In this document: piece after piece, positions 49,336-63,230 of the stretch
Numbering within the stretch: the first letter of the stretch is position 1
Layout: each line of letters begins with the position of its first letter
Assembly: GCA_036172245.1 (NCBI GenBank)
Contig: JAYWIR010000037.1
Location: 310,001-374,000 of the forward strand
Reading direction: 5' to 3'
DNA from: Raillietiella orientalis
Taxonomy: Eukaryota
Length of the DNA: 64,000 bases
Made by a program: the position numbers and the translations under genes
Notes under the pieces: generated by a model
Seen by the model: only the letters and a program-made list of their open reading frames with translations
Databases searched by the model: none
What the model was told of the DNA's origin: nothing

Positions 49336-50767
49336 AGGAAGAGCCCAAAGTATTTGATTGATAATGTGCTGAATTGCATTCCTAATCCTAGATATAACAA
49401 TTTTCCAAATTCATGTTACTCTTTATTCCTGAAGATGAGTTTTGTTCAGAATATGGTGATGCAAAGTAAGATTCTCTCATTAAAAAAAGATCAGTGACCA
49501 GTGATTCCATTTGACAAAATCCGTTCCTATTTGCACCTACAAACATCACCAATGGCAGATGCTAAAACAGTGTTGCTTTTTCACACTGTTTTAGCAAGTA
49601 CTAAGAAAATTTTGTTGTTATCCTTTTCTTGTTTTTATTATTAAATTACTTAGTAACCATGCAATATGCAGTGTTCTGGTTACCAATTTACATGTAGAAA
49701 CAAACCACTGCTGTTATCTGCATAATATAAGATGCAGACCCTTTGTGATTAAGTTTTCTCTCATCGTTGGAGCAACACCCTTTGCTTGAAAACAGTATGC
49801 TTACATTACATTAAAACAGTCACGAAATAAGAATGCAAGTGTTCAAAATTTTATACTTTTGGGAAATTTAAGCTTAATCTTTTTTAAAATAGCGAGTGTT
49901 ACATGCACATTAAAAAGTCAACTATTAGATTATGCTACAATTGCAGGGACACAGAAAAACTACTTTTGTTTCATATTTTGTGATACTTCACTTCCAAAGT
50001 GAAGGCTGGCTGATCAAATGCCTCAAGTTAAAAAAACGAAGGCAAAAAAAAAAAGACTGACACCAGACTTCTAATTTTGAATCTCACTGGATGCTTAACA
50101 TGTAGATCTGGACTATTTGGACAGTGCTACACAGTTCATCTGCAAGCTACGTTTCTAGAAGCCACAAATACACACATAAACAACCTCAAACATACCTCAA
50201 ACCTCACAATTCATTTGACTGAACATGCTAATAAAATACTGTTCCCTAAATTTTTGCAGGAACCATAGAAGGTAAACTAAAACAAAATGAAAGAACTTCA
50301 CAGCTCACCTACATTCTTCATTGAATTCTTCGGAAATTTCTTGCAGCATGCTCAGCATGTCACAACACTAATGTTAAAAATGAGACACCTGTGTACCTCT
50401 GGTTTCAAAACAAGTACATGGATATTATATTAAAAAAAACTTTGAATAATCCATGTAAATGAAATTCAAATTAAGATTGTGAAAATGTCACTAAAAATAC
50501 ATAACTCTTCACTCCACAAACACCTCTCAATTCATACTATTCCTCAGTTATGCACAAACTTACTTACAATGTAGCCATTTACCTGATACTCTTCTCTTGA
50601 TGAATCTTTAAGGATAAGCATCATTCATATGATGATGCTGAGATGTAACAGTTTTTGAGCTCATGAAATCTGAAACATTACGATTTTGCTCCAAATCCCT
50701 AGAGAGCAACTTACATTCACTAATAAGTTTTCAAGAAATTCTCCAATTGTTAATGGATTAAAATAAT

Positions 50768-50773
50768 TTTATT
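50768..50773 (-). terminator. Importin-alpha polyadenylation signal candidate (AATAAA)
   Basis: Canonical hexamer about 70 nt downstream of the stop on the coding strand. Confidence 0.55.
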
Positions 50774-50845
50774 TCAATAAATGCTTTGTGTATGAATAAA
50801 ACAATCAGAAAATATACTAAGCTCATCATGTAGTACCAGAAATAC

Positions 50846-52761
50846 TTAAAATGCAAAACCACCTTCTGGTGGGGCAACATTAAGTTTGTACGCATCTACA
50901 GTAGTAGAAGTAACACTTTCATCTTCAGTGCCAAAGTAGACATCTAGAAGAAACCGTGCTTTCTGGTAAATTGCATCATTTGTATGATTTTGTAAAAGCT
51001 CTAATTTATCTAATCCTCCACAAGCTTCAATGGCATAAGTAACTTGCTCTGTTTGGTTCACTGTTTCGGCTGCCTTTAAAATATTGCCAAGGCCATCAAG
51101 TACAACCCGAATTATCTTAGTATCCTTGGCCTGCAACAAATTACAAAAACATTGCAGCATTTCATCCTCTGAACAGAGAGCAACTATCTGATCAAAGGTA
51201 CCACCAGAAGTCAAATTGGTAACTGCCCATGCAGCTTCTTTTTGAGATTGGAACTCTCCATAACCCAAAACATGAACTATTGGTTTTAACAAGCCAGCAT
51301 CAATTGTGGCTTGTATCTGTTTTTTGGTTCCAGCTAGAATATTAGATACTGTCCAAGCTGCTTCCCTTTGAATGGTAGGCTTCTCATGCTTAAGCAAATT
51401 ACCCAAATAAAGCAAACCATTTGCATTGATAACTGTATCTGTCTACAAAATAAACAAGAACAAATGGCAAGCAAAGAAGGATGACTATTACCTGACTGTC
51501 GCTACCAGTAACAATGTTACCAACAGTTCTGAGAACTGGAGTCAGGATTTTCACATCAGGACAATCAAGCAAACTAACAAGATGAGGAACAACACCTGTT
51601 TTGATGACTTCTTCAATACGCTCATTAGTACCATCACTCAAATATGACAGGGCCCAGCAGGTATCAGCTAAAGCATAATGACTTGAAAGCTTCTTTTGTT
51701 ATAAAACTCACATAACACTTCCTCATCAGAATGACTCAACAGTGATGTTAAACCAGGTAAGACTGCGCAAACAGTTTCCAAACTAGGAGGAGGATTTTTA
51801 TTGCGGCAAAGATTCGATAATGTCCAAGCAATATTCCTTAAAAAGCTTAGCTAACATAGACATGTAAATAATGATCATTCATTATATCTCCTTACGGATG
51901 TATCACTGTGGATTAAATCACCTAACAGCTTAACAACACCATATCCAATTACAAGGTCTCTGAACTCTGGGCCATCTCCAGCAATATTACCAAGAGCCCA
52001 CACTGCTTGTTCAGCTACGTTTGGAAATGGAGAATTCAACAAAAATATAAATGCTGGGATAGCTCCAGCATGCACAACAGCCTTTGTTTGATCTGAAGTA
52101 CCAGAAGCAATGTTTGTTAATGCCCATGCAGATTCAAACTGTAGAGGTGGGCTGAAATCTTGAAATTAATATCTTCTACACAACCTATAATCTTACTTAT
52201 CACTGCATGACAATAGCTGTACAAAACGTGGCACAATTCCAGCATTTATGATTTTATGAATAGGAGGAGTGTGTTCTCTGCTAAGCATTTTTCTGGCTGC
52301 TTGGGTGTATTGTAGAAGCACTTGCGGTTCACTTGAATGCAAACCAGCAACAATTTCTTCTAGAGTCACCGATGGTAGAGGCTACAAATTAGTAGATCCC
52401 ATCATTATGCACAATATTCTCTCAGGCATTACAATATACGACATTGATCTACTCTTTGGAACTTTAATGGCTATTAATGCTTCAATTTACCGACCTGACC
52501 ATTCTTTTCTTGCAGTGGGCTAACTGATTCTTCTGCAAGGTCTATGTTTCGTCGCTTAAGAATCTGCTGTTCCTTTTTTATTTTACGTAACTCTATATTC
52601 ATTTCTACTCTTTTTCTCCTCATGTCCTATTTGTGTGATGGTTATATTTTTTTTTTTTTTTCTCTCCTGTCAAATGCACTTACTTTGATGTCGCGGCCTT
52701 TATTTTTGAATTGTTGGAGCCGCGTGCTTCCATCATCAACAGGCATCTTAACCGTCTCCAT
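50846..52761 (-). CDS. KPNA2: Importin alpha (alpha2/Pendulin-like), about 520 aa
   Basis: Exons 52761-52684, 52626-52495, 52381-52197, 52151-51896, 51850-51712, 51667-51492, 51442-50846; phase-consistent. IBB domain ([26 protein letters not shown]), ARM repeats ([50 protein letters not shown]), C-terminal GGFAF. Alternative start at 52746. Subfamily call is from recalled motifs. Confidence 0.96.
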
Positions 52762-52799
52762 TCGCTACGTTTACTGAAAATCCGCTACTTCTGTTGAAC

Positions 52800-53280
52800 G
52801 GTGCTAGTTCCGTGAAATGAACCTGGAAAAATCAGAGGGAAACCAACTCGACTTGCGATCGTCGTTTGTCTGGGAGGATAAGGGGGCGCAGGAGGAAGGA
52901 AAAAGGGAAGAAAACTCGGCAAGCATACGCGCACACACGCATTCGCGTCCACAGCACCCGCGCACGCAGCTACGCTTAGTCAACTTTTGAGAACTACAAC
53001 GTAGCGTTTGAAAACCCTTCGGAGGTTGAACGCCGCTTTTCATTGGACGCGCGCGGCTGCGGTTCCTCGCTGCAACAACATTGTTGTTGCTGGCAACAGC
53101 TGGAACGCGCCGAAGAAATTCGTGGAACGTGGGACACAGCTTGCGTACACGCTGTACGAAAATCGGGTTCGGTGGGTGTACGGGAAACCTCCTAGTGTGC
53201 ACATTCTCGCTTGCATTATTCTCGCAGTCCTGAATTACACGTATATCTAACCATGAAAGTGATTCCATTTCGTTGAAACG
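52800..53280. promoter_or_regulatory. CpG-rich island upstream of importin alpha (probable promoter/5'UTR)
   Basis: Abrupt GC/CpG-rich patch in AT-rich DNA immediately 5' of the start codon; includes TTTTCATTGG and CGCGCG elements. Confidence 0.55.
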
Positions 53281-53412
53281 GTCTCGCTCTGTTAATTATA
53301 CTTGGCTGCCATGAACCGATAAACAAGTAAACAAACGCTGAATCCACTTTATGCCACTACATAACATCATCTGTTTCTTAGATCCTGTTTGTCAATTTGG
53401 TTTACTATATAG

Positions 53413-53459
<47 letters not shown>

Positions 53460-56400
53460 CGAGACCTGTTTAAGAATTCCCCATGTGTTGTCGCTTTCAT
53501 CCAAAATGCAAGCAAAAGAAGGATGCTGAAATTTTTGTCACTTGAATCGAAATTGAATTGTGACTTTTCAAATATACTTCGGCTCTGTTAAAGTATGTGA
53601 GCAGCGAATGGCATTGAAAACAAAAATTGAACAAAGGTTACTTGAAAAGGTTTGCAGCGTGCAAAAGGGGAGATATTCAAATTCACATCCTGTGTAAAAC
53701 TAGAGAAACAATTCGTAGGTTAAAAGTGATTTTCAGGAAACAACTTTTGTCGGACAATAACTTGTGCTTATCCTCACTGGAGCTGATTGCACTCTGCTTG
53801 TGTCTGATTTCTTGTACAATGAATGTCTTTGAAGTGGAGTGAATTGTGTTAAGTGAAAACTAAAAGATCTTGAACCGCCTGCTTTGAATTTTAAAACAAA
53901 GATTTAGCACGTCGACTTGTTTCTGAAATACAATATTTTTACTTTAGAATTCCAAGTCGATAGGCAAACCGTCGAAATCTCCGCAGGCACAACAGAGCTC
54001 AAACTAGGAAGCCGTTCATCTTTCACAAACACTTTATAAGGTGTACAAACATTTCTACGTATTTGCGTGATGCGTAAAATGCATGGAAGCCACACGTCGA
54101 ACAATCCTCAAACGCTTTTCACGCATAGTGAAAATTCAAGCATGTATTTTCTCTCTATACATTTTGAAATGAATTCGGAGATTTAATGAAAAATATAAGG
54201 GAAGCACTGTTTCTAAAAATTTAACTAAGAAATACTGGCATTTCAGTAACATATCCTGAAATGAACCGGTGATCAACCCACACAACGTTACGAAATGACC
54301 TCAAATGCTTTGCAATCAAAATGTTCGAAAAACACATACAGTGTGCACACATCTTTCCCAAGCATCTCGGAACAAAGGCTTTCAAACAGAAACAAAATGC
54401 AAAACATTTTGTTAACGGTTTATCACTTGTATATCTTGTTTGGTATATGAGCTCCTAGTATTTGCATCACTATATGATTACTTGCTAATCTTTTTGCCAT
54501 CTAATATGATTTGCCTTTAGTCCAATGATTTCAAATAACATTAAGCAGAAGAGCTGATACTCCTCTTATTGTATTTTGCGTTCATAAGAAAAAGAGAACA
54601 GTACTTCAATAAAACGCCCAATAAATCTAAGATCCGAGCCTCAAGTAATCCTTAATCTAAGTTAACCCTTTAAATAGAAAACAGGACCCTTTTCCTCACT
54701 CTTTTCTCCAGTGCGAAATACTCATATGAAATTACTGCATTCTTAGTGCATATCAACATACAGCTTTGCGTGTTATATCAGCTAAACCGATGGATTGGCC
54801 CTTGAAGTAGTCCACTGAAAGCTGCTTCCATTTCGTGTGAAGAAAATGTATGCACATATTCTCCATCTTATTAAATGTGATATAATGAAATCTACATATA
54901 ACACTGTACCAGATTTATATCGCCGTTCTTTGCATTTTATGAGATCATTCATGTGACTCAAGATGTATTCTTTGCACTCCTTATAGATTGTGTCCCACAT
55001 TTTCACAAACCTATCTCGGCGTAAAAACAAAATTTCCGATAAATTTGAAGTCTTATACCAAGAGAAAAACCACTTTGACAAATTTTCCAAATTACTCAAT
55101 GTACCTTTTTACATTTTGGAGGAAGAGAACATAAAGTCTATTCAACTGCACTTGCGTACATAACTAGTGAAAACTAGGATGTACACGTTGAAATATTGAA
55201 TTTGAATTTATGTTTTAAGAAAATTCATGAGAACAGTCCAGTAAAATACTCACCCCTCACTATATACATTAAAAAAAAAATGGATTATAGAGGTATGGTA
55301 TCTTAAAATATTAAGATCAAAAATACTTTACTAACGCTTAATACCTAAAATTATAAACTGATACGATACCCCAGTATTTTAATATAATATGTAAGAAAAG
55401 AGAACTAAAGGAAACCTCATCAGTATAAATTCAACAAAGATGAAATAGCATGATGCAGAGGAATCTGATTTAGTACAATATAGACAGAAAAGTTTCGGCA
55501 CGAATGCTATACATTTTGAGATTTTTTTTTTATCTAACAAATGTTTTCAAGAGCTGAGAGACAGAAGACATAAAGTAATTGCTTGGATGCATAAAGATAC
55601 AAAACCTGGAATGTTCCAAAAGTATGGATGATATAAATTTGTGCGGTAGACCTTGTTTACTAGTGTTATAGTAATGTAACAATATTCTGCATATATATAT
55701 ATATATATATATATTCTGTATTCTGCACAATGGGATGCCCCCCAAAAATAAATTACTCGCAAAATTGTCATTATTCATATTGTCCAAGTACTCATTATTC
55801 ATATTATCATTATTTATGTAGCATTCTATACTCATTATTCATATAGGATGGATGAGTAATATGTTGCACATGGTACGACTTATATTAGGTAACATAAATT
55901 ATTCAGCAAAGTTTCTTACACCAAAGACAGAAAGGTGATTCACGTTTTTCTGACGCTATTAATTTAAAATTATTTCCATTTCAAGTTTCATAGAAAGACT
56001 GCCTCGTTCGATACAAACATAATCCCAGGAATATTTTCGGCATAGTATGTTGCTCAGATTTTTTAAAAATTACAGAATGGTTTTGCAAGCATGTAATATA
56101 GAGCATTGGGATTTATTTACTTGAGGCTATGCAGTACGTAAACTTCGATCTCATAATACAATTGCTCGAGGCAAATAAGAATACTGCTGTTTGTTTCACC
56201 TTTGCAAAAGCAGACTCCTTCAAATGGGGAGTCAAGGAAGAAGTGGAAAGAAGGAAGGGAATTCATTAGATAAAGAGTAGTAGCATTCAATATGCTCGAT
56301 AAACTTGTTTAGGCTCACGTTTCTCATATTCCATATCGAAATCTTGCACTTTGGGATAGTTACGGGTTACTTCTTTACTCTCGAATACATTACAAGTATG

Positions 56401-59400
56401 ACGGATTTATTGTGTCTCGATGGATCAACACAATAATTTGCATCGATTTCATTTCTAAATCAAGTTGTGCAAAGTCTTGAGTTAAAAAAGTTTATAACAA
56501 TTTTTGCTTATTTTGGTGCTGTATAAAATAGGTTACTGTTTAATATACAATCAAGGGCTAATAAGAAAACCTAAAACTTTTTGAAAACGTTTTGTAGGAT
56601 TCGGTTTAATTTCATGAAGACTGCTGAATGACATCAATTAAAGATTTTGAAAATGCTATGAGGTAAAAATAGAAAACGCAAAAAAAAGGTAGTGGAGAAC
56701 ATGAGTTTATTCTTAGTAAGTGCAAAACAATCATTATGATAAAAGTTTTATTATTTTGACTCAACAAACTGAAATCCTCGTTTTTCTTTTTTTCACACTG
56801 GTTCATATGATCATACGCAATAGGTTTTAGAGACTTTCGAGTACCTATACGTAAACTATTTTTAAAGCTTTAGAAAGTTCATCTGAGAATTTTCCTGAAA
56901 AAAATGAATTAAAAACTCGTAAAAAAATGATAACATAGAAAGTATTCAGCCCTTCAATTATTCATTAATGATCTAACTGCTCATTAAAAATCTTGTAAAA
57001 AAGGATGCTTAAGAGCAATCAGCAAACATTGCTGAATCTTGTGTCAGCATTCTCACAATTCTTTTGTATTTACAGTATTTGTCTTTATTGTTATCCATCA
57101 TGCACTTTAAACCTTTCCCTCATTCAATACAGAATTCAGTATTCCGAATTATCCTTTACATTCCAAGTGAGTGATTACCTTAACTAGGTGGATTTTTTGC
57201 CTACAATAAAAATATTGCCGCGCTTGCACAGGAAAACATAGGAAATTTCTCGTTGTTGAATATCTTTTTTCTTAGTTTAAAATAATGAAGATGAAGTTAT
57301 CAAGAATTCAAAACACTCTTCAGTGTATCCTATCATTAAAGATATGCGCAAATTTTTATTGCAAATTTATTTTTTTTTCTTTAGTAAAGCTTCTAAGGTT
57401 TTGGATATTAAAGTACTGTGAACCCAGTTCTTCCCGACAGCACATACAATTAAACAATTGCAATTTTTCATGTAGGTTTAGAATTTGTTCGCAATTAAGC
57501 AGGAACATTCTTCACATTTACTAAATTCGGAAATATAGGAGTCATATTTTTTACTAGCTGAAAGATGTTGACTGTGTAAAAGCAATTTTTATGAATCCGC
57601 CTGTGTATCTGTGTTTTAGGCTTTCATGTAAGCTACTGTGCTTGATTGATGGATTTGGGGTTCGTGTGGGCTTAAAACCTCATGGTTTTGTCTAGATCTT
57701 AGAGGCAGTTGCGTGATGCTCAGTTTCATAATTGAAATCTGTGACTATATAGTTTTATATCTGAAGTTTTCGAGACGAAGAGGTACTTTGACATAGCAGT
57801 GTTCCAAATTCTTCTCTCCATATTTTCAATCCGTTTCTTTCGATTTTTAATTTGTTATGGTAATTTGTTTGGATATAAAGAAAATATTCCATTTACGTTG
57901 TAAATTAATAGGTTAATTCTCAATTCCATATCTTAATGATATTTTTCATGACTATGAATTTCTAGTGACATTTATAGAAGGTCAAACTTTCGGCTATATG
58001 TTTCCGTGCTCAAGTACTATGCTCTAAAAACATATACAACATATTTCATTAGTGTGAAATTTTACAAAGAAAATTTAGTTTGTTTTGCATCTGAATCGCG
58101 TTACTTGGATTAGTAGTAGACCATTTAGGTTGATTTTCGGGAACTTTCCTAGCACTAAAGTGTGCTTTAATGGCAAAAAGGCCGAAACAAACAAAAAAAT
58201 ATCTGCATCACTCGGCATTATTATAGTATGGGTTTTAAATGTATAAATTGTCATTCTTATTTCGATAAAAAATTCAATGAAGTAAAAATATAGGCTCCGA
58301 AGTAGTTTTTTTGGATCCAAGTAACACTTTTTTTTTTAAAAGGTTATCAGAGGAATATTTGATTTTTCATTTATAAAGAGCGGTTTCTGATATAATATCG
58401 CAGCAAAAGCAAAATTTTCGAATCTTACAAATGCAAATATTGGTAAGTAAGCCACATATCAAATAGTACACCGAATAGTACATTTTCATACGGCTTGAAA
58501 TAAAATTTCACGATTTGATTTCGAAACTTAACAAGTAAATGATGAAAACGAAAGTTTATTGAGAGTACTTTGCTTGCTTTTAAAACAGTTTTTGAGGTTT
58601 TTAATTTGCAAAGGACCATAGATGATTCTGAATCTTGATAATGTAAAACAATTTTCGAAATATGTATTTTCAATTCTTTATACCATAATACCAAAGATGT
58701 AAATCTATGTGTGCATCCAAATGTACGTACTGTTACTTGGTAGGTGTAACAATCTTGTAAGCTAAAATTTTGTTTGCGGCGCAAGCGAAGCAACTTATAA
58801 AATCACGAAGTTGAAAGTGGTGCAGTGTATTTACAGATAAGTGTCGAAAGTGTAGTAGCGTATGAAGCTTGACTGTCAATTTTTAATGTAATACGTGGAA
58901 AAAAGTATTATCACTTATAAAAACATCGAAGATTCATGCTTTGTGAAGTTAATTCTCTGAGATTCTGGTGTAATCGTGAACTATTTTCTAAATATCTAAT
59001 ATGAATTTCAGTTGATGTGCATTGTGTAAGATCAATCAATATATTTTCTTGCAAATTTGATAAATTCATTTAAAAAGGTGTAAAAAAAAAATGTTTATTC
59101 ATTTTCTTTATTAACTTTGACTTTGGATTGTACTGGTATAATTGAATCTTCCATTTCATGATTTTGTATTTCGGCCTTTGCTCATACCTTGCATTGATAT
59201 ATTGACGTTAAATGTTAAACATGAATTTTGTATCTTATATCGAAGTGGTACTGTTATTGGATATTGCTGTATGCTGTAACTGCATTTAAGTAGACCAGTC
59301 AATTGTCTCAGTATCAAATGTTAGCAGTTCTTTCAGAGAATGATTGAAGCTGCGCTGCTGTATATATTGCTTCATGCATTGTTTTTGTGTTTTATTTGAT

Positions 59401-59811
59401 TGTTTTATGAGGTATTATTCAACTAACTTTTATGATATTGACTTAAGTTATTTCAAAAATCCCAAGATTTGTAGTCAATTGCGAACTGCAATCTTCAGTG
59501 AACTGAAGACATTCTGTATGATTATCATGGTTCAGTTGGCTGCTTTGTTTATCTTATACTACAGAGTTACTATCATAGTTATATTAGCATGCAAAGTAAA
59601 TATTTATAGTGTTTCTCAGAAATATGTAGAATATATTCTTGAGAAATATAAACTGTACTTAAGTAGATTGATATCTAAATAGATGGTTATAAATGTTAAT
59701 ATAGCTCAGTAGACATTAGAAAAAAATCGCTTTTCTGAGTGGATGTTGTAACTACAGCTGTTTAAAGTCTAGAAACTGAATAATGAATATATAACTTTCT
59801 TTTGAGACAAA

Positions 59812-61591
59812 ATGACCAGTGTTACATCAAATCCACATTCAACAAATACTTCAGGAATTGATTCATCCACGAAAAGCAGCATCCAGCAATCTTTTGGGCC
59901 TGGAAACATTTCAATGTAAGAATTTTGTGCTTGTGTGTGTGTGTGTGTGTGTTTTTAAATTATGCTTTAAGAAATGACAATGATTGGAAAGCAAATCTCA
60001 AAATTCCACCAAAAGACACTCGTGTAAAAACAACAGTAAGTTAGCATTGTCGAGATAACTCCATTACATTTGTCCAAGGATGTGACAAATAGGAAGGGTC
60101 TCGAGTTTGAAGATTTCTGTCTCAAGAGGCCATTGCTCATGGGTATCTTTGAGAAGGGCTGGGAGAAACCTTCTCCTATACAAGAAGCCAGTATACCTAT
60201 TGCACTTTCTGGGAGAGATGTGTTAGCACGTGCCAAAAATGGAACTGGAAAAACTGGTGCTTATTCAATTCCAGTTTTAGAACAAGTTGATGTATCCCAG
60301 GAATACATCCAAGGTTAGGCTTTTGTATATATTTCACCGTATATGCTGTTGAATTATAGCCCTTATACTTGTTCCTACACGAGAATTGGCTCTACAAACT
60401 AGTCAGATATGTATAGAGATTGCTAAACATCTTGAGGTGAAGATTATGGTGACCACAGGAGGAACTAATCTCAAGGATGACATCATGCGAATGTATGAGA
60501 AAGGTATGTGAGGTGCATTCATAAAAAAATTTTTTACTACTGTATGTGCAGTACATGTGGTGATCGCCACACCAGGGAGAATTTTAGATCTGATTGAGAA
60601 GGGTGTAGCTGACATGAGTCAGTGTAGAATTCTGGTCATGGATGAGGTATATGGTTTACTTTTTGTAACAGGAAATTTCTCAAATGTTTAATGTAACATA
60701 ATCAGGCAGATAAACTACTATCCTACGATTTTAAAGAAATTGTGGAATCAATCATGAAGCATTTGCCACCTAAGCGCCAAATTATGTTGTATTCTGCTAC
60801 TTTCCCTCTCTCTGTGGAAACTTTTAAGGTAACCAACATAAAAAAAAAATTATTTTCTGCAAGCCGGTGTGTAGAAGCAACATTTGACTGATCCCTATGA
60901 TATTAACTTGATGGAAGAGTTGACTTTAAAAGGAGTAACCCAGTATTATGCCTTTGTATTGGAGCGTCAAAAAGTGCACTGTTTGAACACATTGTTCTCC
61001 AAGGTGAATTGTCTGGGATTCTAGGATACTTACTGTGCTGGTAGCTACGTATTAATCAAAGCATCATTTTCTGCAATTCAACACAAAGAGTGGAGCTTTT
61101 AGCAAAGAAGATTACTGAATTGGGCTATTCCTGCTATTACATCCATGCTAAGATGCATCAGTCTCATCGGAATCGAGTGTTTCATGATTTTCGAATGGGA
61201 ATGTGTCGCAATTTGGTTTGCTCTGGTGTGTAGTAGTATCTTTGCAATTGGCAATTTTCATCTCATAGATCTGCTGACCCGGGGCATCGACATTCAAGCT
61301 GTAAATGTAGTAATTAATTTTGACTTCCCCAAAATGGCAGAAACATATTTGCATCGCATTGGTCGTTCTGGAAGGTTTGGTCACCTAGGAGTTGCTATTA
61401 ATCTCATATCTTATGAGGATCGTTTGTCTTTGCACCGCTTTGAGAAGGAGCTAGGCACAGAGATCAAACCGATTCCCAAAGTCAGTGTATCAGCTTAATG
61501 TTTCAGCATTATTTCTTCTTAGGTAATTGATAAACGTCTCTATGTGCCTGAATATCAAATGGATGAAGATGAAAATTTCAACATAAAATAA
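59812..61591 (+). CDS. DDX6: DEAD-box RNA helicase DDX6/Me31B/Dhh1, about 451 aa
   Basis: Exons 59812-59915, 59972-60035, 60079-60313, 60360-60503, 60552-60646, 60706-60828, 60875-61003, 61045-61225, 61269-61480, 61523-61591; phase-consistent. Motifs: [63 protein letters not shown]. Confidence 0.98.
59932..59953 (+). repeat. (TG)n microsatellite inside DDX6 intron 1
   Basis: Read directly. Confidence 0.92.
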
Positions 61592-61869
61592 TTTTCTCCT
61601 ATATTCTGATGTTAGATCTCAGTTATGGATTAAGATAAGATCCTTCCTAAGATAGGATTTTGCAATACTTTTCATCCCCCTTAATAGCTTATGGTTCCCC
61701 CAGATTTTGTTATGTTCTAAAAGGAATTCGAGTTTCCTGTTTTTTGTTCTACATACCACAGTGTAATCTCCAACTGTTTCCAAACCAAGAAATTTCCAGA
61801 AGATTTAATTCATTTTGAAAAGATTATTTCAGTATCTCAATTGAAGTACTTCATATTGTTTATGCCAAC

Positions 61870-61875
61870 AATAAA
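61870..61875 (+). terminator. DDX6 polyadenylation signal candidate (AATAAA)
   Basis: Canonical hexamer about 280 nt after the stop. Confidence 0.5.
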
Positions 61876-62739
61876 TTAATATTAATTGCATAACTTTAAT
61901 GAAATTCATAAGTGCACACACTTTTAGGTCAACTGGTTTTCTGCAGAAGTTATTAATCAATGCTCTGTTCCCTAATAGGTTGACTGATTTCAGCATAAGT
62001 GTTATCAGTACCCTTTTCTATGAGCGCAGTTGTATCGTCTTGCAGAAAATGCATGTAATTGCCAAAAGAGTCAACATAAGTCTGCACATCAGGAATAGTT
62101 ATGTGTTCCGTGTTTACAACAGGATTCTTACGTATCATCAAACCTTTCCATTTGACGGGAACTTCAGTCTGAAAATCCAAAATCACTTATGCATCATTGC
62201 AACCATTTAAGTGATCAGTGGCAATACATGTCTGTATAATGTACAAAGCATTAAAATCATTATTGCGTGAGCGCATGTAAATCTAAATTGCCCCCATATA
62301 ACTTGCAAAATAGCACTGATAATGCGGCCATGCTATGAGTTGTGTGCATAGTTTGATTGACCTCTTGGAAGGAAGGCAAATAAAGCAAGTCAACATGAGC
62401 ACACAATTTGTTGCTAAGTCCAGATTCTGAGGCAATTTGTGAAGTTTACAAAAAAAAAAAAAAATTGTCCTCCAAATCCCAAAGCCTATAGTGGACTGCA
62501 TTTTCGAATTTAAAAGTGTGAAAGCTTAGTGAGTACTGTATTCGTCAATAATCCGTTTGTACCAGATGCAAAAGAATGTACGTGATGCGTGTGTACGGTG
62601 GGGTATTCAAATGAGCTTATTGCAATTTGTGTTCCTTCAGAAGGAGAAATAGGATGCCGAGGAGGCGAACACTTGAGCACGCGTGTCAAAAAAAAAACAC
62701 AAATGTGATGCAACACTTAAAACACGCTGATCACCAGGA

Positions 62740-63230
62740 CCTTTTTGCCAAACCCAACGGGACGATATCCGCGTGTCCGTGTAAAGTGGAACGGTGGAGC
62801 GAGCGAATTTTCGGCAGTGCTGTCGCAATACCACGCACAGGTTCAGGGAAACACGGATCCCGGGAAGCTCAGTTGGGCATTCGCGGGCCATTTGGTAGTA
62901 ACGAGATGGGATATCTTTCACTGCGTACATGCAAATGTAGAAAACTTGTAGAGCACCCCAACTTTTTTCTCTCGGCTAACGCGCCAAGAATGTGGCGCCC
63001 CCCCCCCCCCCTCACACACACACACCATAGAATGTGAACGGGCAGTTCGTCCCACTGCTGCTGCCACAAGTAGATAGGAAACAGAATCGTAGATTGGCAC
63101 TTCCGTAACGTAAGAACGTTCACCGAAGCATTCCCAGCAGAGTCGTATCGACATGCAGTGATTGTACGTCGAATGACGTGATTTTGCAAAATGTCCTTAA
63201 GAGAATGTCCCGCCCTCGTCATGCAGAAAA
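62740..63230 (-). mobile_element. Possible hAT-like transposase remnant
   Basis: SLKDILQNHVIRRTITACRYDSAGN (resembles the TDxAxN motif), SLNLCVV..CRKFARS, and SRW occur in hAT order; weak. Confidence 0.28.

Noticed and set aside
53413..53459. T18 immediately followed by A29 (formally a palindrome)
   Set aside because: Low-complexity homopolymer junction; no element boundaries or TSD seen.
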